Shown here piece after piece: positions 1 through 11,637 of a stretch of 64,000 nt of DNA. The notes beneath the pieces are model-generated. The model was given only the letters and a program-made list of their open reading frames with translations, was not told the DNA's origin and did not search any database. A program made the position numbers and the translations under genes. This stretch comes from Nitrospinales bacterium. GTDB taxonomy: Bacteria; Nitrospinota; Nitrospinia; Nitrospinales; VA-1. The stretch lies in the NCBI GenBank assembly GCA_965223795.1, contig CBDCXL010000002.1, positions 2,752,001-2,816,000 on the forward strand. The letters are read 5' to 3'. Numbering within the stretch: position 1 is the first letter of the stretch; the number at the start of each line of letters is the position of its first letter.

Positions 1-1
1 C

Positions 2-424
2 CTGATCGACGACAATTCCTCGAAAGCCAACTCGGAGTTCGACGGCTCGGTGCGCCGGATGATCGAGCGTCTGTTTCCGAAGATCCCGCTGCAGAAAATC
101 CCGCGGGACCATTCGATCTTCCGCTCCTTTTACCTGATCAACCGGGTGGTGGGGCGCGTGGTGCTCAACCCGTACCTGGAGGGGATTTCGGTGAAAGGGC
201 GGACGGTGCTGGTCTACTGCGCCAACGATCTGGGCGGGGCCTGGGCGCGGGACAAGCTGGGGCACTGGAATTACGACATCATCGCCGGCGGTTCGGCTCA
301 GCGGCAGGGCAGCATCCGGCTGGCGGTCAACATCGTGATGTACGCCCTCACGCTCGATTATAAAAAGGACATGGTGCATCTGCCGATCATTCTCGAGCGC
401 CTGCGCCGGTACAACGCGCGATGA
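2..424 (+). CDS. DUF4159-family protein, C-terminal part (5' end outside window)
   Basis: Frame is open from position 2. H.IFRSFY, LEGI, NDLGGAW and 'RLAVNIVMYALT.DYK.D.VH' match the DUF4159 C-terminus. Confidence 0.8.
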   Translation: MIDDNSSKANSEFDGSVRRMIERLFPKIPLQKIPRDHSIFRSFYLINRVVGRVVLNPYLEGISVKGRTVLVYCANDLGGAWARDKLGHWNYDIIAGGSAQRQGSIRLAVNIVMYALTLDYKKDMVHLPIILERLRRYNAR

Positions 425-2721
425 ATTTCATAAAGGAACAGTTCGGCCTTTCCGGATACAACCAGTGGGAGGTCCACTGGGGCCCCGATCAGGCGATGTG
501 GATCCTCATCGTTTTGGGGTTGGTGGTTCCTGTGGCGCTGTGGTTTTTCTGGACCAGCCTCAGGCGCATCCGCTCCCTGTTCAAACGGTGCTTTTTGTTC
601 GCGCTGCGGGTGACCGCGTTCGCGCTGCTCATTCTGCTTCTATTGCAGCCGCAGCTGCAGTTCCACCAGAGCGAGACTCAGAAAAACTCCGTCGCCGTTC
701 TTCTGGACAACAGCAAAAGCATGTCCATCCAGACGTTTCCCTCGGAAACGCCGCGCATCGACGCGGTGCGGAAAACCCTCGAGGCGAACCGGGAATTTCT
801 CGATTCCCTGAACAACGATTTTCAGGTGGACACCTACCTGGTTTCGGACCGGCTGGAAGCCTGGCCGGGCGTAGGCGACCTGTCCGGCTATCATCCGCGG
901 GCGCCCAACACCGACCTGGGGCAGGTGCTCAAGGAGCTGACCCGGCAGTACCAGGAAAAATCGCTCAAGAGCCTGCTGCTGTTTTCCGACGGCGCCGATC
1001 TCACGCAGGCGGAAGAGGCCATCTCCGGCGAGCTGATGCAGACGCTGGCCGCGTTCGAGGCGCCGATCCACACGTTCCAGGCGGGCAGCAACGACGCGTT
1101 CAAGGATCTTGCCATCGACACGCTGGACACGGCGGACTTCGGCTTCGTGCACCAGCCGATCCGCGTCGCGGTGACCCTGTCCGCCTCGGCGATGGGCGAC
1201 AAGAACGTTCCGCTGGTGCTCAAGGAAGACAACAACATCCTGGTGTCGAAGGTGGTCGAGCTGCGCGGCGACCGGCGCGACTACCAGGTGGAAATGGAAT
1301 TCACGCCGCGGGAGCTGGGAAAAAGGGTGTACACCCTGTCGGTGCCGCTGTTCGCGGGCGAGTCGATCCAGAGCAACAACCGCAGGAGTTTTCAGGTCAA
1401 CGTCATCCGCGACCGCATCCGCGTGCTGCATCTCAACGGGCGGCCCTCCTGGGACTCGCGTTTTCTGCGCGAGGTGCTGGTGAACAATCCCAAGGTGGAC
1501 CTGCTGTCGTTTTTCATCCTGCGCACGCTGGGGGACGACGTGGCGGCCTCGACGACGGAACTCAGCCTGATCCCGTTTCCCTCCAACCTGCTGTTCAGCG
1601 ATTATCTGAATTCGTTCGATCTCATCATCTTTCAGAACTTCCGCTTCGAATCGTTCATCGACAAGAAGCTGCTGAGCAACCTCAAGAAATACGTGCAGGA
1701 AGGCGGATCGTTCATGATGATCGGCGGCGAGCTGTCGTTCGCCGGCGGCGGCTACAAGCGCACGCCCATCGAGGACATCCTGCCGGTCAATCTCAGGGAC
1801 AACGCCCCCATGTACCTGTATGAAGACTTCAAGCCGCAGTTGACACGGGACCTGATCCGGCATCCCATTCTGCGCCTCGAAAAAGACGCCGCCGCCAATC
1901 GCAAAATCTGGAAGTCGCTGCCCACGCTCAACGGGGTGAACCTGGGGCTGGTGCCGAAACCGGGATCGCATGTGCTGGCGAGCTTCAACAAGTCCGGCCC
2001 GTCGCCGGCGTCGCATCCGCTTTTGGTGGCGCAGCGCATGGGCAAAGGCAGGAGCCTCGTCCTCGCCACCGATTCTTCCTGGAACTGGAACTTCCTCAGA
2101 GTGGGGGAGGGCGGCAGCGGGCGCTACTACCAGAGGCTGTGGAACAACCTTCTGGCCTGGCTCACGGGCGATTCGGAAACCCAGCTTCTGCAGCTGGAGA
2201 CCGACCGGGAGCGCTACCGGGAGGAGGAGCCGGTGTTCCTCAAGTTCAAGGTCCTCAAGGAGAACTACCAGCCGGCGGCGGAGCATCCGGTGACGCTGAC
2301 GATCACCACGGTCTCCGGCGAGTCGAAGACGCACGACCTTGCGACCGACGGCAATGGGGACGGCGGGTTTCAGTATGTCCCGGTGCAGGAGGGATTCTAC
2401 ACGGCGCGCGCGGAAACCAAGCTGAAGGACCGCACCCTGAAAAAGGAGCTGCGCTTCGGCGTGTTCGCCGAAACGGCGGAGTTCGACCGGCCGCGGGTCA
2501 ACGAGTGGCTGCTCAAAAAGATCGCCGCGGTCACCGGCGGCGTCCACACGGTGCTGGATGCGAACACCGATCTGAGCGCTCTCAAGTTCGACAATCCCGA
2601 ATTCCGCGTGAAAACCCGCAGCAAGACCCTGTCGCTGTGGGACAACTGGTGGTCCTATGGGCTGATCCTGGGATTTCTCATGCTAGACTGGTGGATCCGC
2701 AGAAAATCCGGCCTGAGCTGA
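421..2721 (+). CDS. Membrane protein with vWA-like and class I glutamine amidotransferase-like domains
   Basis: N-terminal TM helices, LLDNSKSM MIDAS-like motif, FSDG, GGSFMMIGG, and a C-terminal LWD...WWIRR TM tail. Overlaps the DUF4159 stop (ATGA). Confidence 0.75.
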   Translation: MNFIKEQFGLSGYNQWEVHWGPDQAMWILIVLGLVVPVALWFFWTSLRRIRSLFKRCFLFALRVTAFALLILLLLQPQLQFHQSETQKNSVAVLLDNSKSMSIQTFPSETPRIDAVRKTLEANREFLDSLNNDFQVDTYLVSDRLEAWPGVGDLSGYHPRAPNTDLGQVLKELTRQYQEKSLKSLLLFSDGADLTQAEEAISGELMQTLAAFEAPIHTFQAGSNDAFKDLAIDTLDTADFGFVHQPIRVAVTLSASAMGDKNVPLVLKEDNNILVSKVVELRGDRRDYQVEMEFTPRELGKRVYTLSVPLFAGESIQSNNRRSFQVNVIRDRIRVLHLNGRPSWDSRFLREVLVNNPKVDLLSFFILRTLGDDVAASTTELSLIPFPSNLLFSDYLNSFDLIIFQNFRFESFIDKKLLSNLKKYVQEGGSFMMIGGELSFAGGGYKRTPIEDILPVNLRDNAPMYLYEDFKPQLTRDLIRHPILRLEKDAAANRKIWKSLPTLNGVNLGLVPKPGSHVLASFNKSGPSPASHPLLVAQRMGKGRSLVLATDSSWNWNFLRVGEGGSGRYYQRLWNNLLAWLTGDSETQLLQLETDRERYREEEPVFLKFKVLKENYQPAAEHPVTLTITTVSGESKTHDLATDGNGDGGFQYVPVQEGFYTARAETKLKDRTLKKELRFGVFAETAEFDRPRVNEWLLKKIAAVTGGVHTVLDANTDLSALKFDNPEFRVKTRSKTLSLWDNWWSYGLILGFLMLDWWIRRKSGLS

Positions 2722-2847
2722 CCCGGCGGCCTGTGCCGGACCGTATTGATGATTGTGAAAACGTTTGAATTCAGGTAAGATCGATCCCGTATCCGATATT
2801 TTTCCTCTGTACTTGCGGTTCTTTCCCGTATCGACCCACCGAGTCTC

Positions 2848-4188
2848 ATGCCCAAATCCTCAAAAACCGTTCCCAACATACGCCACTGGGTGCAGGACCG
2901 CATGGCGTTTCTGGCGCTGGTCATCTTCCTGCTCGGCGCGGGCGCCTACATCGCCACGGACATGCTGTTTCCGCCGAAAAGCATCTGGATGCACCCGGTC
3001 AAGGAGTTTTCACTGCTGATCGCGCTGATCGGCATCGTGTCGTTCGGCTACGAGGTGTTCCTCAGGGAGCTGACCTTCCGTGAATACAAAGAGGCGCTGG
3101 AGGAGATCGTCAACCCGGACGCAGTGCGGCTGGGGATTCAGGGCATTTATAAGAACCGCTCGGAACTGGGCCAGGCGTTTTCGTTCGACAGCCTGTTCAA
3201 AAACGTCAAGCACGAGATCTTCATCGGCGGCACGTCGCTGCTTTCCATCTCCACCTCGACGCGCGAGCTGCTCAAGGAGCGCATCCTGCACGGCGTCAAC
3301 GTGAAGCTTTTGCTCATGGACCCGAACTCCCCGGTGGTGGAGCTGATCACCAAGCAGGGCGGCGGCAAGTCCACCTTTCTGAACGAGATCAAAACCTCGC
3401 TTCTGCTGTTGCAGAAGCTGCAGGATGAAATCGAAGCGGCCGGATCGCACCATAAAAAAGGCAAGCTGATCGTGCACACGTACGACAGCATTCCGTCGCA
3501 TTCGTTCATTTCGGTGGACGCCAGCGACCCCAACGGCATGATCATCGCCGACATCGGGCCGTATCTGGGGCGCTCGACGCCGCGACCGAGCATGTCGGTG
3601 GTGAAGAAGAAGAACGGCATGTACGACTACTGGGTCGGCATGAACGACCTGATGTGGCAGAACAGCCATCCGGTGGACATGAAAACCGGCGATCCGCTGG
3701 TCGCGAAAACGCGGACTCTGGTGTTCACCAGCGGCCCGGCGGAGACCCAGTACTACGATGCGCAGAGCGACAACTGGCAAAACGCCTCGATCTGCCAGAT
3801 GGACGACGACTGGCGCTCGATGAAGGGCAGCCAGTGGGTCTGGGTGCGCAGCATGCCCACACTGGAAGAGGCGCGGACGGGAAGCCAGAACCGGTTCCGG
3901 CTGCCGTTCACCCTGCCGGTGCAGAAAAAAGAGGACATCCTGAGGGGGGAGTTGTTTCTGCGTTCGGACGACACCTGCCGCATCACCGTCAACGATGTCG
4001 GGCTGCAGCAGGAATTCAACGGCGCCGGGTATCCCGACCCGTTTCTCATCGACATCGGCAGTTACCTGGTGCCCGGCGAGAACACGCTCTCCTTCGAGCT
4101 GACCCAGTTCGCCCAGCCGGACGCCGAACAGCCGGAGGACAACCGCACCGGCCTGATCTACCGGCTGCACCTGGAATACCGCGAGTGA
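2848..4188 (+). CDS. 2-TM protein with a DUF5919/PLD-like alpha-beta domain and a C-terminal lectin-like beta-sandwich
   Basis: 446-aa ORF with two TM helices. EIFIGGTSL..VKLLLMDPNS..HTYDSIP is DUF5919-like. SQWVW..RSDD..L.PGENTL resembles galactose-binding-like domains. Confidence 0.55.
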   Translation: MPKSSKTVPNIRHWVQDRMAFLALVIFLLGAGAYIATDMLFPPKSIWMHPVKEFSLLIALIGIVSFGYEVFLRELTFREYKEALEEIVNPDAVRLGIQGIYKNRSELGQAFSFDSLFKNVKHEIFIGGTSLLSISTSTRELLKERILHGVNVKLLLMDPNSPVVELITKQGGGKSTFLNEIKTSLLLLQKLQDEIEAAGSHHKKGKLIVHTYDSIPSHSFISVDASDPNGMIIADIGPYLGRSTPRPSMSVVKKKNGMYDYWVGMNDLMWQNSHPVDMKTGDPLVAKTRTLVFTSGPAETQYYDAQSDNWQNASICQMDDDWRSMKGSQWVWVRSMPTLEEARTGSQNRFRLPFTLPVQKKEDILRGELFLRSDDTCRITVNDVGLQQEFNGAGYPDPFLIDIGSYLVPGENTLSFELTQFAQPDAEQPEDNRTGLIYRLHLEYRE

Positions 4189-4459
4189 CCGTCCTCGTTT
4201 CTGCCCGCCTTGGCGCCGTTATTGTTTTATGATTTTGAGTCGCAAGCGGCCGCCACATCCGGATGGAATGGCTTTAGGTCTGCTTTCATCCCTGCTTTTT
4301 GCGTGACCCGGCATGCGATGGAATCCGCACCGGGTGCGGTCCCGGTCTGGACGGGGGAACCCGCAAACTCCCTCCGGCCGGGGAAGGGCGTTGAAATTCA
4401 TAATTTTAGCGATCCGCCAAACGCCGCGCAAAGCGGGTTTATCCCTTTCAAATCAAACA

Positions 4460-4487
4460 TTGACAGGGTTAAGAAGGCTGATATAAT
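4460..4487 (+). promoter_or_regulatory. Sigma70 promoter of the nuo operon
   Basis: Perfect TTGACA-16 bp-TATAAT about 170 bp upstream of nuoA. Confidence 0.8.
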
Positions 4488-4655
4488 CGCCACTTTCATT
4501 CGATCCACCCCTTTCTCCGCACCGGCGGGCTCACGATGCTACCATGGAGACTGCGGGGAATCGGGGCGGCCGGTCTGATAACAACCTCAGTCCGGTTTTG
4601 GCCGGTACGGGCCCATGCCCTGGATGACGATGACACGCGGTGTGACGGGAATTCC

Positions 4656-4999
4656 ATGACCGAGTATTTTTTCATATTGGTGTTTGCCGGGGTGGCCCTT
4701 GTGGTGGTGGCGGGCTGTCTGATCCTGTCCACGATTCTGGGACCGAGGAACCCGACGCCGCAAAAATTGATCCCCTATGAGTGTGGTATAATTCCTACAG
4801 AAGAGGCCAAGGGACGCTTTCCGGTCCGTTTCGCCACCATCGCTATGCTCTTTATCATTTTTGATATCGAGGTGGTGTTCATGTACCCCTGGGCGGTGGC
4901 GCTCGATGAACTGGCCCTGTTCGGCCTGATCGAGATGCTGGTCTTTATTTTCATTTTAGGGATCGCCTACGTTTACATCTGGGGGCGGGGAGGTCTGGA

Positions 5000-5009
<10 letters not shown>
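4656..5009 (+). CDS. nuoA: NADH-quinone oxidoreductase subunit A
   Basis: PYECG and [15 protein letters not shown] motifs; GGLEWD C-terminus. Confidence 0.96.
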
Positions 5010-5580
<571 letters not shown>

Positions 5581-5584
<4 letters not shown>

Positions 5585-6111
5585 CCCCGGAAGAGGTCAT
5601 CGAGACCGCGTCGCAGGCTCTGGGCGACAAGCTGCAGAAAGGCGAGGTCCATCTGGGCGATGCGCTGCTGTTCGTGGGACCGGAAGCCCTGCATGAAGTG
5701 GCTGAGTACCTGAAGACCGACCCGGCCATGCGGTTCGAATACCTGTCCGACATCCGCGGCGTCGATTACCTCGACCAGGACCGGGACCCCCGGTTCGAAG
5801 CGGTCTACGAACTGCAATCCTTCGAGCACAACCAGTCCGTCCGCATCCGCGTCGGCCTGGAAGAAGAAAATCCCTCCGTTCCCACGGTCTCCGATCTGTG
5901 GAAAGGCGCGCTGTTTCCCGAACGCGAACTGTTCGACATGTTCGGCTTCGACATTCCCGGCCATCCCAATCTCAAGCGCCTGATCATGCCGGAAGAGTGG
6001 GAAGGCCATCCGCTGCGAAAAGATTATCCCCTGACCATTGAGGATGTGGCGTTCTCCCACAACCGGGAGTACAAATCCGAACTGGTCAAATCCAAACCCG
6101 AGACCCGATAG
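5581..6111 (+). CDS. nuoC: NADH-quinone oxidoreductase subunit C
   Basis: ERELFDMFG and [10 protein letters not shown] motifs. ATG overlaps the nuoB stop. Confidence 0.96.
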
Positions 6112-6120
6112 AACGAAGTC

Positions 6121-7320
6121 ATGAGCGTCACCGAACAAGGCCTGCTGGAGCGCGATAAAGACACAATGACCCTGAACATGGGTCCGTCGCATCCCAGCAC
6201 GCACGGGGTGTTCCGGGTGGTGCTGGAAATGGACGGCGAGGTGGTCAAGACCGCCGACCCGGAAATCGGTTACCTGCACACCGGCATCGAGAAGACTTCC
6301 GAGAACAAGCGCTACGTTCACGTCATCCCCATGACCGACCGGCTGGATTATCTCAACCCGCCGGGCAACAATCTCGCGTTCTGCCTCACCACCGAAAAGC
6401 TGCTGGAGTGCGACATCCCGTTGCGGGCGCAGTATCTGCGCGTGATCATGTGCGAGCTGGCGCGCATCGGCAGCCACCTGGTCTGGCTGGCGACGCACGC
6501 TCTGGACATCGGCGCGATGACGGTGTTTCTCTACTGCTGGCGCGAACGGGAGATGATCCTCGATCTCAACGAGGAAGTGTCCGGCGTGCGCATGATGACG
6601 AGCTACATCCGGGTGGGTGGGGTCATGAAGGACGCGACGCCGCAGTGGCTGAACAACGTGCGCAAGTTCATCGACTATTTCCCGGCCAAGATCGACGAAT
6701 ACGAACGGCTTTTGACCAAAAACCCCATCTGGCTCGACCGCACTCAGGGGATCGGCGCCATGACGCGGGAAGAGGCGCTCGACTGGAGCCTGAGCGGCCC
6801 GGCGCTGCGCGCTTCCGGGGTGAATTTCGATTTCCGCAAGCAGCGGCCGTACTGCAGCTACGGCGATTTCAAGTTCGACGTGCCGGTGGGAAAAGACGGC
6901 GATGTGTACGAGCGTTACCTGTTGCGGGTCGAGGAGCTTAGGCAGAGCCGCCGGATCATCATGCAGGCGCTCGACAATCTGCCGGAAGGGCCTTACAAGG
7001 CGGAGGACAACAAAGTGTCGCTGCCGGACCGCGACACGCTGCACACCAGCATGGAGGCGTTGATCCACCATTTCAAACTGGTGTCCGAAGGCGTCAGCGT
7101 TCCCAAGGGAGAAACCTACGTGCCGACGGAAGGGCCGCGCGGGGAAGTCGGGTTTTACATCGTGAGCGACGGCAGCAACACGCCGTACCGCGTCAAACTG
7201 CGCGCGCCGTCGTTCATCGCGATCCCCGGCATGTGCAAGATGATGGAACGGGCCTACATCGCGGATGTGGTGGCGGTGATCGGCAGCATCGATATCGTGA
7301 TGGGGGAAGTGGACCGCTGA
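6121..7320 (+). CDS. nuoD: NADH-quinone oxidoreductase subunit D
   Basis: LNMGPSHPSTHGV and DRLDY motifs; DIVMGEVDR C-terminus. Confidence 0.97.
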   Translation: MSVTEQGLLERDKDTMTLNMGPSHPSTHGVFRVVLEMDGEVVKTADPEIGYLHTGIEKTSENKRYVHVIPMTDRLDYLNPPGNNLAFCLTTEKLLECDIPLRAQYLRVIMCELARIGSHLVWLATHALDIGAMTVFLYCWREREMILDLNEEVSGVRMMTSYIRVGGVMKDATPQWLNNVRKFIDYFPAKIDEYERLLTKNPIWLDRTQGIGAMTREEALDWSLSGPALRASGVNFDFRKQRPYCSYGDFKFDVPVGKDGDVYERYLLRVEELRQSRRIIMQALDNLPEGPYKAEDNKVSLPDRDTLHTSMEALIHHFKLVSEGVSVPKGETYVPTEGPRGEVGFYIVSDGSNTPYRVKLRAPSFIAIPGMCKMMERAYIADVVAVIGSIDIVMGEVDR

Positions 7321-7790
7321 TGTTTGCGTTTTCAAAAGACAACGAAGTCAAAATCGAAACGATCCTGAAAAAGTATCCGACGAAGCAGTCGGCATTGCTG
7401 CCGCTTTTGACGCTGACGCAACGGCAGGAACGTTACGTGAGCCCCGAGGCGATGAAGGAAATCGCCCGCAGGCTGGACGTTTCCCCCGGCTACGTGCAGT
7501 CGGTGGCGTCGTTTTACACGATGTATTCGTTCAAGCCGGTGGGCAGGTACGTGATCCTGTTCTGCATCAACATCAGCTGCCAGCTCAACGGCTGCGACGC
7601 GCTTTTGGCGCACACGGCGAAAAAGCTCAACATCCAGCCGGGGGAGACGACGGCGGATCAGAAATTCACGCTCAAACGGGAAGAATGCCTGGCGGCCTGC
7701 GCCGGAGCGCCGATGATGCGGATCAACGACACGTTTTACGAAAACCTGACGGAAAAGAGGATCGACGAGATCCTCGATTCTCTGGATTGA
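7320..7790 (+). CDS. nuoE: NADH-quinone oxidoreductase subunit E
   Basis: VASFYTMY; CxxxxC...CLAAC 2Fe-2S ligands. Confidence 0.95.
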   Translation: MFAFSKDNEVKIETILKKYPTKQSALLPLLTLTQRQERYVSPEAMKEIARRLDVSPGYVQSVASFYTMYSFKPVGRYVILFCINISCQLNGCDALLAHTAKKLNIQPGETTADQKFTLKREECLAACAGAPMMRINDTFYENLTEKRIDEILDSLD

Positions 7791-7800
7791 GGCGGCCGGG

Positions 7801-9063
7801 ATGACCCAGATCCTGTTCAAGAACATCGACACGAAGGACCTCCACAAGATCGAGGTCTATGAAAAGCAGGGCGGCTACCAGAGCCTCAAAAAAGCCTTCG
7901 CCAAAAAGCCCGAGGAGATCGTCGAGATGGTCAAGGCTTCGGGCCTGCGGGGCCGCGGCGGCGCCGGATTCCCGACCGGGCTCAAGTGGAGCTTTCTCGC
8001 CAAGGACGTGTTCCCGCGCTATTTGTGCTGCAACGCGGACGAGAGCGAGCCGGGCACCTGCAAGGACCGCGAGCTGTTGCTGAAATCCCCGCACCTGCTG
8101 ATCGAGGGGATGATCCTCTGCTCCTACGCCTGCCGCATCGAGACGGCCTACAATTACCTGCGCGGCGAGTTTTACGACCTGTGCGAGATTTTCGAAGTGG
8201 CGCTGGAGGAAGCCTACAAGAAGGGCTACCTGGGAAAAAATATTCTGGGCTCCGGGTTCAACCTGGACATCCACACGCATCTCGGAGCGGGCGCTTACAT
8301 CTGCGGCGAGGAATCGGCGCTGCTCAACTCGCTCGAAGGACGGCGCGGCGAACCGCGCATGAAGCCGCCGTTTCCGGCGGTGGAGGGGCTCTACGGCAAG
8401 CCGACCGTCATCAACAACGTGGAAACGCTGTGCGTGGTGCCCTACATCGTCAACGAAGGCGCGGAAAAGCACGCCGCGCTGGGAACGGAAAAGAGCAAGG
8501 GCACGAAACTGGTCAGCGTGTCGGGGCACGTCAAGAAACCGGGCAATTACGAAGTGGTCCTGGGCACGCCGACGCGCGAGATCATCTACGGCATGGCGGG
8601 CGGCATCCGCGACGACAACCAGCTCAAGGCGTTCATTCCCGGCGGCTCGTCGGTGCCCATGCTGCCGGCGGACCTGGTGGACACGCCCTACGATTACGAA
8701 TCGATCCAGGCGGCGGGTTCCATGCTGGGATCGGGCGCGCTGATCGTGATCGATCACACGGTGAACGTGGTCGAGTCGGCGCTGCGGCTGGTGAGCTTTT
8801 ACATGCACGAATCCTGTGGCAAGTGCACACCGTGCCGCGAGGGCACGCGCTGGATGTGGCAGATCCTGAACCAGATCCAGACCCGCAACGGCGCGGAAAA
8901 ACAGGTCGCGGAGCTTGAGGACATCTGCGACAACATCAGCTTCAAATGCTTCTGCCCTCTGGGCGATGCGGCGGTGGCGCCCGTCGCCAGCTCGATCAAG
9001 AATTTCCGCGCGGATTATGAGGATCTGTTAGGCCGGGTCGCCGCTTCGCAGCAGGCGGGCTGA
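7801..9063 (+). CDS. nuoF: NADH-quinone oxidoreductase subunit F
   Basis: SGLRGRGGAGFPTGLKW, YICGEESALL and HESCGKCTPCREG motifs. Confidence 0.97.
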   Translation: MTQILFKNIDTKDLHKIEVYEKQGGYQSLKKAFAKKPEEIVEMVKASGLRGRGGAGFPTGLKWSFLAKDVFPRYLCCNADESEPGTCKDRELLLKSPHLLIEGMILCSYACRIETAYNYLRGEFYDLCEIFEVALEEAYKKGYLGKNILGSGFNLDIHTHLGAGAYICGEESALLNSLEGRRGEPRMKPPFPAVEGLYGKPTVINNVETLCVVPYIVNEGAEKHAALGTEKSKGTKLVSVSGHVKKPGNYEVVLGTPTREIIYGMAGGIRDDNQLKAFIPGGSSVPMLPADLVDTPYDYESIQAAGSMLGSGALIVIDHTVNVVESALRLVSFYMHESCGKCTPCREGTRWMWQILNQIQTRNGAEKQVAELEDICDNISFKCFCPLGDAAVAPVASSIKNFRADYEDLLGRVAASQQAG

Positions 9064-9114
9064 TTCGAATCCAACGGCAATCGGGAATCCGGGAAGGTTT
9101 CCCAGGAGTTTTTA

Positions 9115-11595
9115 ATGTCTGACAATGAAGTCACATTGACGATCGACGGGAAAACCGTTTCGGTTCCCAAGGGCACCAAGGTCGTGGACGCGGCCAAGCT
9201 GGTGGACATCGAAATTCCCGTGTTCTGTTACCACGAGAAGCTGGGGTCCCTGGGCTGCTGCCGCATGTGCCTGGTGGAAGTGGAAAAGATGCCCAAGCTC
9301 ATGACCGCCTGCACGCTGGACGTGGGGCCGGACATGGTGGTGAAGACCGAAACCGATAGGGTGGAAAAAGCGCAAAAGGGCGTGCTGGAGTTCACGCTGC
9401 TCAACCATCCGCTCGACTGCCCGGTGTGCGACAAGGGCGGCGAGTGCCCGCTGCAGAACAACACGTTCAAGTACGGCCCCGGCGACACGCGCATGGAGTT
9501 CACGCGCTACAACCAACTGAAGGCGGCGCCGCTGAGCCCGGTGATCACGCTCGATAGGGAACGCTGCATCGCCTGCCAGCGCTGCACGCGCTACAGCGAT
9601 GTGATCGAGCAGGAGCGGGCGCTGGTGATGCTCAACCGGGGCTTCAACAACGAGATCGGCACGTTCAACGACGAGGATTACGACACGCGGTTTTCCGGCA
9701 ACGTGATCGACATCTGTCCGGTGGGCGCGCTCACCAACTCGCAGTTCCGCTTCAAGGCCCGCACCTGGGACCTCACCAATTCGAAGACGCTGTGCGCGCA
9801 CTGCGGCATCAACTGCAACATGACGATGGGCGTGCGCACCAACGAGTTCATGCGCATCGAGTCGCGGCCCAACGACCATGTGGACGACGGCTGGATCTGC
9901 GACAAGGCGCGCTGGGGCTACGATTTTCTCAACGCGGGCCACCGCATCCGCGAAGCGCGCACGCAAAGCGGCGGTTCCCATTCACCGATTGCCATTCAGG
10001 ATGCGGTGAAACAGGCGGCGGAGACGCTCAAAAAGATCGCCGAGGAGCACGGTCCCGAGAGCATCGGCTTCATCGGCTCGCCTTACGGGACGAACGAGGA
10101 GCTGTATCTCTATCAGAAACTGTTCCGCGAGCGGCTCGGCACCAACAACCTCGATCACAAGACCTATGTCAACGCGCCGGGCCTGCCGGTGGATCATTTC
10201 GACCTCAGCGATCTGGAAGACTCGAACCTGATCGTGCTGATCGCCAGCGACCCCACCGAGGAGCTGCCGGTCCTGGATCTCAGGATCAAAAAGGTGGCGA
10301 CCCGCATCGCCGTGCCGAGTCAAAAGGTTCCGGTTGCGGTGCTCAACGATCAGGCCACGCGCATGGACCGCTACGCCGAGGTGTCTTTGCGCTACGACGT
10401 CGGATCGGACGGGCGCGTGTTCGCGGCGCTCGCGGACTGTCTGAACGGCGGCAAGGGTGCGGCGGCGAAAGACACCGGCATTGCCGCCGAAGCGATGCAG
10501 GAACTGGCGGACAAGATCCGCGCCGGGGGCAAAATCACCGTGATCTACAACCCGAAGGCTTTGACCGGCGATTCGGTGTTCGCGCTCAAGCGCCTGCTGG
10601 CGGCGATGGATGCCCTGGATGGCGTGCGCTGCGGCGCCATCCCGGCGGCTCCGGAGACCAATGCGGTCGGGGCGATGGACATGGGCGTCATGCCGGATCA
10701 TTATCCGGGCGGGGTTTCCCTTTCCAGGGAGAGCGATGTCAAAGAGCGGTGGGGCGAAAACGCGCCGGTTCAGGCGGGGCTTTCTGCGCAGGCCATGATC
10801 GAAAAGGCGGCGAAGGGCGAGATCAAGGCGCTGCTCGTGCACCGGGCCAACCCGGCGGTGGATTTTCCCGGCGGCGCAAAGGTGAAGGAAGCGCTCGAAA
10901 AACTCGAATATCTCGTGGTGCACGACATGCTGGAGACCGAAACCAGCAGGCTGGCGCATCTCGTCCTGCCGTCCAACGGGCCGGGCTACGACGAGGGCAC
11001 CACGACCAACATCGGCGGCCGCGTGCAGTTTCGCGTGGGCGGGCTCAAGACCCAAAACCCGCCGGACTGGAAAATCATCTCTCTCATGGCGCGGGCCCTG
11101 GGGGATGAAACGAGTTACAGCACCTCGTTCGCGGTGACCGATGAAATCGCCAAGAGAGTTCCGGGATACGGGGAGATCGGCAAGCGCTCGATCAAGCAGA
11201 CCGGCAAGTGCCGCGAAACCGTCATGCTGAGCAGTGAGGCGCTGCCGGAACCCGGCGCGTCGCCCGCGCTGACGGATTCGGGCCGGCTGAAGCTCAGGGT
11301 CGCGTCGGTGTTGTTCGCGCATGACAAGATTTTAGACGCGTCTTCCCGGCTGGCGCACCATTTTCAGCATTCGGTGGTGCACCTGCACACCGACGACGCC
11401 AAAAAGCTGGGGCTCAACGACGACGACGATGTGGTGGTGACCGCGGGCGGCGCGGAAGTACAGGCGCAGGTGGAAATTTCCAACCGCTGCAACCCCGGCG
11501 CGGTGGTGGTGCCGCGGGTGTCGGATGAGCAGGGCGTTTTGGGGCTTGCGGATGGCGCGGAGCCGATTCACTGGGTGGAGATCCGCAAGGCGTGA
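9115..11595 (+). CDS. nuoG: NADH-quinone oxidoreductase subunit G
   Basis: CRMCLVE, NHPLDCPVCDKGGECPLQ and RCIACQRC motifs; molybdopterin-oxidoreductase-like C-terminus. Confidence 0.96.
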   Translation: MSDNEVTLTIDGKTVSVPKGTKVVDAAKLVDIEIPVFCYHEKLGSLGCCRMCLVEVEKMPKLMTACTLDVGPDMVVKTETDRVEKAQKGVLEFTLLNHPLDCPVCDKGGECPLQNNTFKYGPGDTRMEFTRYNQLKAAPLSPVITLDRERCIACQRCTRYSDVIEQERALVMLNRGFNNEIGTFNDEDYDTRFSGNVIDICPVGALTNSQFRFKARTWDLTNSKTLCAHCGINCNMTMGVRTNEFMRIESRPNDHVDDGWICDKARWGYDFLNAGHRIREARTQSGGSHSPIAIQDAVKQAAETLKKIAEEHGPESIGFIGSPYGTNEELYLYQKLFRERLGTNNLDHKTYVNAPGLPVDHFDLSDLEDSNLIVLIASDPTEELPVLDLRIKKVATRIAVPSQKVPVAVLNDQATRMDRYAEVSLRYDVGSDGRVFAALADCLNGGKGAAAKDTGIAAEAMQELADKIRAGGKITVIYNPKALTGDSVFALKRLLAAMDALDGVRCGAIPAAPETNAVGAMDMGVMPDHYPGGVSLSRESDVKERWGENAPVQAGLSAQAMIEKAAKGEIKALLVHRANPAVDFPGGAKVKEALEKLEYLVVHDMLETETSRLAHLVLPSNGPGYDEGTTTNIGGRVQFRVGGLKTQNPPDWKIISLMARALGDETSYSTSFAVTDEIAKRVPGYGEIGKRSIKQTGKCRETVMLSSEALPEPGASPALTDSGRLKLRVASVLFAHDKILDASSRLAHHFQHSVVHLHTDDAKKLGLNDDDDVVVTAGGAEVQAQVEISNRCNPGAVVVPRVSDEQGVLGLADGAEPIHWVEIRKA

Positions 11596-11637
11596 GTATT
11601 TTGAATCTGGCAATGAACCTGATCGGGAGACGGCATT

